From an uncultured Anaeroplasmatales bacterium (lineage in GTDB: Bacteria > Bacillota_I > Bacilli_A > Acholeplasmatales > JAEDCM01): DNA of 64,000 nt. The position numbers and the translations under genes are program-made. The stretch spans positions 12,430 through 76,429 of the forward strand of contig CAZWLD010000004.1 in the NCBI GenBank assembly GCA_964634685.1, given 5' to 3'. The notes beneath the pieces are model-generated. The model was given only the letters and a program-made list of their open reading frames with translations, searched no databases and was not told the DNA's origin. Below, in pieces: positions 48,511 to 56,414 of the stretch (positions are counted from its first letter, which is position 1; every line of letters begins with the position of its first letter).

Positions 48511-51500
48511 ATGAATAGATTTACGAAAAGCATAGGAAAAATCTTTTTCTTACTATGCTTATTATTAACCGTATCTTTAGCGGTAAATAGTAATCCTGGC
48601 AAAGTGTATGCTGCTGATGCCGAAGGTATTAGCGTTACTCGTGACAATACGGATGGAACTAAGACGGGATCAGGATGGACCTGGACAAAAACAGGTAGTA
48701 ATCAGTCAGGAAAATTATCTTTAAACGGCTATAACGGTGGAAGAATTGCAATTGGAGGTCCGGTTGGAGATACTGAAATTGAACTTATAGGAGACAACAC
48801 GGTTACTGTTACCGAGCCATATATTGATGGTGGTAATATCTGCTATGGGATTATCGTTTGTAATGCTCAAAACCTCACATTTAGTGGAAGTGGAACCCTC
48901 ACTATAAATGTTATGGCAACTTCAATGGTGAAGGTTTGTGGCGTTTATATTTATAAGGATAACGCTGTATCTTTAGGAAATCTTGTTTTTAGCGAAGGTA
49001 CAGTAAGCATTAATGTTACGTGCTTGAATTTGTCAGATGGAGGCGGAGCATACGGCATCAATTCATATGAAATGACAACCGGTGGATCCGTTACTGTTTC
49101 TGAAAATGCAACCCTTAAGATTGACTTGAAGTCTGATTATTATGGCAATGCATATGGAGTTTATTCATACGGAGATATCATATTAAATGGAACAGTTAGT
49201 TCGAAAATGGAGTATACAGGATCTAGTAATCCGAATAATTATTGGAGAGATTTTTCTTCTAATAGTTCACAAAATGTGATTGGTCTAAATGCAATTATTG
49301 ATTCGTATAATCCTGGTACAAGTGGAACATTATTAGGTTATTTTGCACTTGAAGCTAATAGCAATACAAAGATTGAAACTTGGACTTTAGTAGGATCAGA
49401 AGAAAAGTATTTTGAAAATGATAATTGCTTTGTCCATATTTCTGAAGTGAATGTTTACAGTGGATATGCAAGGTATTCATATCGTAAAATAGAGACTCCA
49501 CTTACCTTTGAGGATAAGGATGAATATGATATTCCAGAGATTGTATATGGTAATGAGGCATATTCAGCTCCTTTTGTCGCAACTGGTGGTAGTGGAGAAT
49601 ATACCTATACAATATATAGTGTTGCAAATGGTAATCAAACAGGTCTTAGAATTGTTGATAACAAATTATGCTCATCTGGTAGAGGAGTAAGTGAAGCTAC
49701 AACCTGTACGATTCAGGTAATGGATAAGGGTGGATACACAAAATACATCATTGTCAATATTGGTGCGGTTGTTGCGCCAACCTATAGTGCTACTGTTGAT
49801 GATATCGATTTTGGTACCGTTAAACCTGGATATGAATCAGTTACTGCCGTTCCTATTAATATTCATAATACAGGTACTGGAAATATAAAAATTATTTCTA
49901 ATAGTTCAGTATATCTCAGTAGTCAAAGTTATTTTATTTTAACATATGATAGTGTGCCATCATTAATTAATGGTGGTGAAACAAACACAAGCTGGAGTAT
50001 CAAACCTAAGGATGGCTTATCAGTTGGTACATACACCGTGACGATAACATTTAGAGGTACACCAGAATTACCAGGATTTTCAGGTGAAATCCAAGTTTCC
50101 GCAAAAGTTACTTTTGTTGTAAGTGACCATAATTTTGATACATCAAAATGGGAACATGATGATGAAAAGCACTGGAATCCATGTAAGGATGCTTTATGTA
50201 CTGCTCATGGTAATGAAGCTTTACACGATAAAGATGGTGAATTAACAGGTTATTATCCTGCAACTGAAGAAACAAATGGATATACTGGTGATAGGCATTG
50301 CTCAGTGTGCGGAGCTATATCTGAATATGGAGAAGTTATTTTTGCTAACAAGATTAATAGTGTTGAATTAGGATTTTCATCAGGAACTGATGAAATGATT
50401 GTTAGAGGAAGTAGTTATAATTTTAAGGCAAAAGTTATTGGCACAGGTTCTTTTGATAACACGATTAAGTGGATTGTAGAAGGCGGTTCGACAGGTACAA
50501 CTATATCGTCTGATGGTGTATTAACAGTAGCAGCAAACGAGGTTAATTCAACCATTACGATAAAAGCAGTTGCCAATGGCGATAATGAAGTCTTTGCCAC
50601 AAAAGTCCTTGATGTTTATTCAGAAGTAACTATTGTTAATGGAACTGAAACAACAGATTATTATTTAGTAGGTCAAACTATTGATCTTGCGGCTATAGAG
50701 GCAAGCGAAGGATATCATTTTAAAAACTGGACTAAAGATGGCTATGGATCCTTTACTAACGATAAAGCTAAAAATGCTCAGTTTATTGTCGCAAATTCCA
50801 ATGTAACTATTACATCAAATTATGAATTACATTATACAAATGATACAGTATGGACACATAATGCAACAAGTCATTACCATTTCTGTATATGTGGAGAAAA
50901 AATTGATATTGAAGATCATGTTTATGATAATGATGTAGATACAACTTGTAATGTTTGCGGATATGAAAGACCAGCCCATACTCATACAGCTGATAGTGAA
51001 TGGCATTATGATAATGATAATCATTGGCATATTTGTACAATTAATGGTTGTACCGAAAAGCTTAATGTTGAGGAGCATTCCTTTGGCAATTGGACGGTTA
51101 CAGTAGAGCCACAGGTTGGTGTTGCTGGTGAAAAGAAACGTGAATGTACAATTTGTGGATATAGTGAAACCGCTCCTGTTGATGCCCTTATCGAACAAAT
51201 CACTGTAACAGTTAATGGAGGAAAAGTTAATGGTGGCGCAAGTGTAACAGTTGACAAGAATGGTTCCGTTACAGTTGTTGCGGATTCAGCTCCAGAAGGA
51301 AAAGAATTTAAAGGCTGGAGTAAGGATGGTGGAGAAACAATCCTAAGTGAGGATTCAAGCTATACCTTCAACGCAACCGAAAATGTTACACTTACAGCGA
51401 TTTATAAGGATATAAAATCAAAAGGACTTTCTGGTGGTGCCATTGCTGGAATTGTAATTGGCAGTGTTGTTGTTATCGGAATCGGAGGATTTTCTATTTT

Positions 51501-51558
51501 TTGGTTTGGTATTAAGAAAAAGAAGTTCACAGACCTTCTAGCAGTTTTTAAAAAGTAA
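48511..51558 (+). CDS. 1015-aa surface protein: signal peptide, beta-helix-like repeats, Ig-like/Listeria-Bacteroides-type repeats, three His/Cys modules, C-terminal TM anchor
   Basis: The signal sequence ends in VYA/AD. Repeats follow a G(V/I)Y...(L/V)T(F/V)S..GT(L/V).I pattern. G.HFKNW and FKGW repeat signatures are present. His/Cys modules lie at 50128..50313, 50830..50964 and 50977..51162. The C-terminal hydrophobic helix is followed by KKKK, with no LPXTG motif. Confidence 0.85.
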   Translation: MNRFTKSIGKIFFLLCLLLTVSLAVNSNPGKVYAADAEGISVTRDNTDGTKTGSGWTWTKTGSNQSGKLSLNGYNGGRIAIGGPVGDTEIELIGDNTVTVTEPYIDGGNICYGIIVCNAQNLTFSGSGTLTINVMATSMVKVCGVYIYKDNAVSLGNLVFSEGTVSINVTCLNLSDGGGAYGINSYEMTTGGSVTVSENATLKIDLKSDYYGNAYGVYSYGDIILNGTVSSKMEYTGSSNPNNYWRDFSSNSSQNVIGLNAIIDSYNPGTSGTLLGYFALEANSNTKIETWTLVGSEEKYFENDNCFVHISEVNVYSGYARYSYRKIETPLTFEDKDEYDIPEIVYGNEAYSAPFVATGGSGEYTYTIYSVANGNQTGLRIVDNKLCSSGRGVSEATTCTIQVMDKGGYTKYIIVNIGAVVAPTYSATVDDIDFGTVKPGYESVTAVPINIHNTGTGNIKIISNSSVYLSSQSYFILTYDSVPSLINGGETNTSWSIKPKDGLSVGTYTVTITFRGTPELPGFSGEIQVSAKVTFVVSDHNFDTSKWEHDDEKHWNPCKDALCTAHGNEALHDKDGELTGYYPATEETNGYTGDRHCSVCGAISEYGEVIFANKINSVELGFSSGTDEMIVRGSSYNFKAKVIGTGSFDNTIKWIVEGGSTGTTISSDGVLTVAANEVNSTITIKAVANGDNEVFATKVLDVYSEVTIVNGTETTDYYLVGQTIDLAAIEASEGYHFKNWTKDGYGSFTNDKAKNAQFIVANSNVTITSNYELHYTNDTVWTHNATSHYHFCICGEKIDIEDHVYDNDVDTTCNVCGYERPAHTHTADSEWHYDNDNHWHICTINGCTEKLNVEEHSFGNWTVTVEPQVGVAGEKKRECTICGYSETAPVDALIEQITVTVNGGKVNGGASVTVDKNGSVTVVADSAPEGKEFKGWSKDGGETILSEDSSYTFNATENVTLTAIYKDIKSKGLSGGAIAGIVIGSVVVIGIGGFSIFWFGIKKKKFTDLLAVFKK

Positions 51559-51573
51559 AATCGATTTGAAAAA

Positions 51574-51609
51574 GGATCTATGAGGTATATATCTCGTAGG
51601 TCCTTTTTG
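51574..51609 (+). terminator. rho-independent terminator
   Basis: AGGATCTATGAG / CTCGTAGGTCCT stem (two G-U pairs) followed by TTTTT. Confidence 0.55.
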
Positions 51610-51699
51610 GAGGGTTGATAAAGCATGGTAAAGGATATATCTTAATTTAAACTCACAAAAGAAACGGCAAAAGAATATTTTTTTCTAAATGATTGTAAG

Positions 51700-52155
51700 A
51701 TGTCTTCAATTGATCGTAATGGATTATCTAATTCGACTAAGTTTCGAAATTATTGTTTTTCTAATTCGACGTTGTCTGAATGGACAAATGAGTGGATGAA
51801 ACCAAAAATTGTGGAAGGGATAATCAATAAAGATTATGAACTTTTATATTCTTTTATCGAAGATTATAGCGATAGAATTGATGTTGATAATTCATTGCTG
51901 TTAATTGAATTATATAAAAGTGTACAACAAGATTTTAAATTCTTGGAAAGAAAAGAATTAGATGTTTTATATCACTGTGAAGAACCTGTATTTTTGGATA
52001 GGAAATTTGAGTATGGATTGATTTATTTGGCTCATAAAAATAAATTGCCTAATGAGCAAAATATCCTTTTTGAGCGTTTTTTAGTAGTAAATTCGTCAAT
52101 AAATTTTTATGATGATTTTTTTATATCTAAAATGAAAAGAGAATTAATGAACTAA
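51700..52155 (+). CDS. hypothetical protein
   Basis: 151-aa ORF with no convincing RBS and no recognised motif. Confidence 0.4.
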   Translation: MSSIDRNGLSNSTKFRNYCFSNSTLSEWTNEWMKPKIVEGIINKDYELLYSFIEDYSDRIDVDNSLLLIELYKSVQQDFKFLERKELDVLYHCEEPVFLDRKFEYGLIYLAHKNKLPNEQNILFERFLVVNSSINFYDDFFISKMKRELMN

Positions 52156-52435
52156 TTGTAATAAAGAGTCCCCAACAAGGAGGATTCTTTTTTTATGGTG
52201 TTAAATAATTTGAAATTATTATCGACATCTTATTCAATAGAAAGAAGTTTAATCAAAATGTTTTATGGAATTAAAAAGGGTAGAACCTTTTTTATGCATA
52301 CAATCCCTTCGTATTTGGTAATCAGTTGTTTATGTCAATTCCATTATACAAAGGAAGCTTTTTGCTGAAAGATTTACTCCGATTATTTTATTATTTATAT
52401 ATTTTTTGATATAAACTTTAATAAAATGAAGGAAG

Positions 52436-52480
52436 GGGTTACAAATGTAACTCCTCTCTTTTTTTTATTGATGATAAAAT
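52436..52480 (+). promoter_or_regulatory. operator-promoter copy B: GGGTTACAAATGTAACT palindrome plus an extended -10 TGATAAAAT
   Basis: GTTACA-AA-TGTAAC at 52438..52451 and TAAAAT at 52475..52480. The distance from palindrome centre to the -10 is identical to copy A. Confidence 0.6.
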
Positions 52481-52512
52481 AAGGTGAAATCTAAAGAAAG
52501 GAGAAAATTGTA

Positions 52513-52893
52513 ATGAAAAGAGTGATATTATCAATAAGCAATTCCTTAGTTAATGATGCTGTTAAAAATGCATTAAAGCAAGTGGGATATTTAGTTCAAT
52601 CAGTTCCTTCATATAAAACAGATGACGTTGTCAATTCCTGTGATGCTTTTTTTGCTAACCTTTTATTGATGGATGTTAATCGCGTTGGTTCAGATATCAA
52701 TGTTCGTCTTGAAACCATTGATAAGGTAAAAAAACAAAATCCGAAAATTAAAATTGCTTTGTTGTGTGATAATGTTTCAGATCCAGAAATAGCTTATAAG
52801 ATTAAACAAGCAAAAGAAGAAAAAATCATTGATTCATTTTTTTATGAATCGGTTAGTATGGATTATATGATTGATATCCTCGATTCATTGTAA
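52513..52893 (+). CDS. stand-alone receiver-like (pseudo-receiver) protein
   Basis: CheY-like length and pattern, with LLLMDV at the phospho-Asp position. However, the N-terminal acidic pair is replaced (ILSISNS), the T/S position is Cys (ALLCD), and no conserved Lys lies in FFYES. Confidence 0.6.
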   Translation: MKRVILSISNSLVNDAVKNALKQVGYLVQSVPSYKTDDVVNSCDAFFANLLLMDVNRVGSDINVRLETIDKVKKQNPKIKIALLCDNVSDPEIAYKIKQAKEEKIIDSFFYESVSMDYMIDILDSL

Positions 52894-52912
52894 GAAAGTT
52901 ATTTTATAAAAA

Positions 52913-53405
52913 ATGTTAAATTAGTTTTTGCTTTGACTTTAGTTATGATGATTTGTTCGATTATCCTTGTTGGTTGTGGTGAAAAGCAAGCCATTGCAAA
53001 AAAAAAATAGCTGCCGATGCTACTGCTCATGACCATTCCTATAATCTTTGGGAAGCTGATGAGGAAAATCATTATCAAGTATGTAGTGAAGGAAATTGTG
53101 AAGAAGAAGTTAATAGGGGACCACATAATTTTGATAATGGTACGGTTTTAGCCGTTGCGGATAGCGGAAAAAATGGCTTGAAGGTCTATACCTGTACTAC
53201 CTGTGGATATAAATCATATGTTTATTTTCCAATTGAAAAGACAGAGACTATTCAAAAAACCGCAACAATTACTTTTGAAGCGAATGGAGGTACTCCTGTA
53301 GCTCCAATAACTGCTAATGTTAGTTCGAAAATTGAAGAGTCTACTACAACTCTTCTACCCCTTGGATCAGCATCAAGCGGAATATTTAAGTCTTACCAAA
53401 AATAA
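52913..53405 (+). pseudogene. small lipoprotein with one His/Cys module and a Listeria-Bacteroides-type repeat, disrupted at an A10 tract (and possibly at its start)
   Basis: Lipoprotein signal KLVFALTLVMMICSIILVGC-GEKQAIAKKK ends at TAG 53008. In the next frame, AADATAHDHSYNLWEADEENHYQVCSEGNCEE...YTCTTCGY...TITFEANGGTPV runs to 53405. The ORF track shows only 53178..53405. Confidence 0.55.
52998..53007 (+). repeat. poly(A)10 homopolymer at the frame break of the small lipoprotein gene
   Basis: Counted directly. One extra A joins the signal-peptide frame to the downstream frame. Confidence 0.95.
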
Positions 53406-53423
53406 AAGGAAAGGAAGAAGATT

Positions 53424-55736
53424 ATGCAAAAGAAATCAATTTTAAGCTTAGCCATTATGGCAATGTTAATCGTTGGATTAACCTTAACTGGTTGTGGCAA
53501 ATCGCACAAATATAACGAAAATTGGTCTTCTGATGCCGAAAATCATTGGCATGCTTGCGAAGATAAAAATTGCGATAAAAAGAAGGATGTTGCAACCCAT
53601 ACATTTGATGAAGGAGTAGTTACAGTTGAACCAGGTATTGGTACAAAGGGTGTAAAAACTTATACCTGTAGCGTATGTAATTACCAAAAAACGGAAGAGA
53701 TTCCAGCAATTGACCACACTCATGTGGCTGGAAGTACTTGGGAGAAAGATGCTACAAATCACTGGACTTTATGTACCTGTGGTGAAAAAATGGATGTGGC
53801 TGCCCATACATTTGATGAAGGAGTAGTTACAGTTGAACCAGGTATTGGTACAAAGGGTGTAAAAACTTATACCTGTAGCGTATGTAATTACCAAAAAACG
53901 GAAGAGATTCCAGCAATTGACCACACTCATGTGGCTGGAAGTACTTGGGAGAAAGATGCTACAAATCACTGGAATTTATGTGAATGCGGTGAAAAAATGA
54001 ATGTCGCAGTTCATATTTCTAGTGATTGGATTGTTGATAATGAACCAGATTATGGTGTTAAAGGTAACAGTCATAAGGAATGTACTGTTTGTGGATTTGT
54101 TCTTGAAGAAAAAGAGACTGATGCCCCTCCAGCTAAGGATGTAACCATTACTTATGATGTTGAATTAGATAAGACATATGATGGTACTCCGGTAGCCTTT
54201 AATATCGCTGATGTAGTTGTTTCTAATGGCGCAACTCCAGTAGCTGAATGGTATAAGGTTGATGGTGAAAGCAACGCTACGAAGATTGAAAATGTACCTG
54301 TTGATGCTGGAACTTATAAGTTATTACTAAAGACTTTAGGAACTGCTGAATGGAAGGAAGCAACCCTTTCAGTTGATGTTCTTATTTTCACAAAATTTGG
54401 TGAAATTGAAGTTACAAAGGTTTTAGATAAAGTTTATGATGGCGAAGCTGTTTCTTTAAGTGATTCGGATATTACTGGAAATAGTGATGATCTAAGCTAC
54501 ACTATCACTTGGTATAATTATACAACTGATCATCCTGATTATGTGCTTGCTGAAGCACCAAAGGATGCTGGAAATTATACAGTGAAGGTTGAAATGGCTG
54601 AAACAAATAATGTTAGTAAAGCTTCATTTGTTGTTAACTTTGATATTTCAAGACGTACATTGTATTATGGTCAAACATATGCATACGGAAATCCAAATTA
54701 TTTAAACCCAAATCTTACTTGGGAAATCGGTGATACTTATTCTAATAATGGCTTTAAATCTACAAATAAAGTAGAAGGTGATTATGTTGCAATCAATTTC
54801 TGCTTTGATAATATTTATGTTGGTTCAAATTTAAGTGTATTTAAAATTGACGAAGCAGCTTGTATTGCTCATAATAGTAAAGCTCATTTAAATTATGTCT
54901 TAGATACAGAGGTTAAACCAGTGATTGTTCCGAAGAAATTAACTAATCTTAATTTAGTAACGGAATATAACGGCGAAAAAGGAAGACCTAATTTTGTATT
55001 AACAGCTGCCGATGGAATATTTGAGGATGATGATGTAAGAGTAGTAATCTCTGGTAATGCTCTAAGCTGGGATGCTTTGACCGAATTAACATTATCCTTA
55101 GCTGACAACATTGTTGGTGATGAAACTATTTCCTTTGTTGAGGAAGGTGAGTACGCAAACTATGTCTTGACTCTTACTGGTGACTATGTTGGAACACTTA
55201 CAATTAATCAAAAGGTTTTAACTAATCTTGATTTACAAACATATTATGATGAAACAGCCGGAAGAACAAATTTTGTTTTAACTGAAGCTGATGGAATTGT
55301 GGCTGGTGAGTCCGTTTTTGTAAATATTTCAGGAGATAATTCCAGTGATTGGGGAGAAGGAGATTCATATGTCTTGCGTTTAAAGGGAACTGTTCAAGGT
55401 GAAGAAACTATTACTTTAGTTGAAAATGAAAATTCATCAAACTATATTTTAGTAGAAAAAGATGGTAGCGTTGGAACAATTACAATTAATCATTCTGTTA
55501 TTCTAAAGAATATTACCTTCAAGGCTTCTCAAGGAATATTTTCTAATCGATTTGGATTTAAAACTTGGATATTTTCGCTAACTAATGAGACAGGACTTGA
55601 AGCTGGTGATACTGTAAATATTAGTGTTAAAGTATTTGATAATAGCGGTAAAATTAGCTTAACAAAAGAGAATACTTCATTTAATAATAAGAAATATTTT
55701 ATTGGTAGTGGTTGCTATCTTGATTTAGATAACTAA
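53424..55736 (+). CDS. 770-aa surface lipoprotein with three tandem His/Cys modules and Ig-like repeats
   Basis: Lipobox LTGC. Modules lie at 53505..54095. Repeated segments of about 90 aa follow (KV/TYDG..V ... AG.Y pattern). Confidence 0.85.
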   Translation: MQKKSILSLAIMAMLIVGLTLTGCGKSHKYNENWSSDAENHWHACEDKNCDKKKDVATHTFDEGVVTVEPGIGTKGVKTYTCSVCNYQKTEEIPAIDHTHVAGSTWEKDATNHWTLCTCGEKMDVAAHTFDEGVVTVEPGIGTKGVKTYTCSVCNYQKTEEIPAIDHTHVAGSTWEKDATNHWNLCECGEKMNVAVHISSDWIVDNEPDYGVKGNSHKECTVCGFVLEEKETDAPPAKDVTITYDVELDKTYDGTPVAFNIADVVVSNGATPVAEWYKVDGESNATKIENVPVDAGTYKLLLKTLGTAEWKEATLSVDVLIFTKFGEIEVTKVLDKVYDGEAVSLSDSDITGNSDDLSYTITWYNYTTDHPDYVLAEAPKDAGNYTVKVEMAETNNVSKASFVVNFDISRRTLYYGQTYAYGNPNYLNPNLTWEIGDTYSNNGFKSTNKVEGDYVAINFCFDNIYVGSNLSVFKIDEAACIAHNSKAHLNYVLDTEVKPVIVPKKLTNLNLVTEYNGEKGRPNFVLTAADGIFEDDDVRVVISGNALSWDALTELTLSLADNIVGDETISFVEEGEYANYVLTLTGDYVGTLTINQKVLTNLDLQTYYDETAGRTNFVLTEADGIVAGESVFVNISGDNSSDWGEGDSYVLRLKGTVQGEETITLVENENSSNYILVEKDGSVGTITINHSVILKNITFKASQGIFSNRFGFKTWIFSLTNETGLEAGDTVNISVKVFDNSGKISLTKENTSFNNKKYFIGSGCYLDLDN
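53596..53973 (+). repeat. tandem duplication with a 207-nt period and a 171-nt perfectly identical core
   Basis: 53596..53766 is identical to 53803..53973, and the flanks diverge. The repeat duplicates one His/Cys module exactly. Confidence 0.92.
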
Positions 55737-55850
55737 AAATGGGGATTAATTATATAGTTTTAGTTAGTACTTCAATGCTAAATAGTTAATAAGATTGTTA
55801 ATAAGTGATGGTGGATTTCTGCCATCACTTTACTTCTGTATAAAAAAAGT

Positions 55851-55882
55851 TTTCCCAATATGAAAATGGGAAAGCTTTTTTT
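55851..55882 (+). terminator. rho-independent terminator (a second hairpin lies at 55805..55829)
   Basis: TTTCCCA / TGGGAAA stem followed by T7. Upstream is a GTGATGG / CCATCAC hairpin. Confidence 0.7.
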
Positions 55883-55945
55883 ATATAGCTATGTTCTTTT
55901 TTATAAAAATAATGTATAATTAGGAAGAGAAATTTAGGTGAGAAA

Positions 55946-56410
55946 ATGATTAGAGAAGCGAATAAAAATGATATACCAGAAATAATTAATTTATTAAAGC
56001 AGGTTAATTTAATTCACCATCAAGGCCGACCAGATATTTTTAACATTGGAACGAAATATACTAAAGAAGAATTAGAAGAAATTATCAATGATAATAAAAG
56101 GCCGATTTATGTTTATGACGATAATCAAATATTAGGCTATGCCTTTTGTATAATTAAAGAAACCAAAGATGATAATATCTTAGCTAGTAGAACGGAATTA
56201 TATATAGATGATTTATGTGTTTTAGAAGGGAATAGAGGCAATCATATCGGTTCCTCTTTATTTTCCTATGTCAAAGAAAGAGCAATTGATTTAAAATGTG
56301 ATGCGATTACCTTAAATGTTTGGAGTTTTAATGAAGGGGCAATGGCCTTTTATAAAAAAATGGGGATGAAGCCCTTAAAAACAGTTATGGAATATCCGAT
56401 AAAGAAGTGA
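55946..56410 (+). CDS. GNAT family N-acetyltransferase
   Basis: NRGNHIGSSLF acetyl-CoA loop and AMAFYKKMGM motif. RBS AGGTGAG. Confidence 0.8.
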   Translation: MIREANKNDIPEIINLLKQVNLIHHQGRPDIFNIGTKYTKEELEEIINDNKRPIYVYDDNQILGYAFCIIKETKDDNILASRTELYIDDLCVLEGNRGNHIGSSLFSYVKERAIDLKCDAITLNVWSFNEGAMAFYKKMGMKPLKTVMEYPIKK

Positions 56411-56414
56411 TTTT

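Noticed and set aside
53484-53969. Twin minus-strand ORFs (53484..53762 and 53769..53969) with identical N-termini.
   Set aside because: They are antisense images of the 171-nt perfect tandem repeat within the 770-aa lipoprotein gene.
53596-53973. Diversity-generating retroelement (TR/VR pair) explanation for the repeat in a surface protein.
   Set aside because: The copies are perfectly identical with no adenine-specific differences. They lie in tandem inside one gene, and no reverse transcriptase is present in the window.
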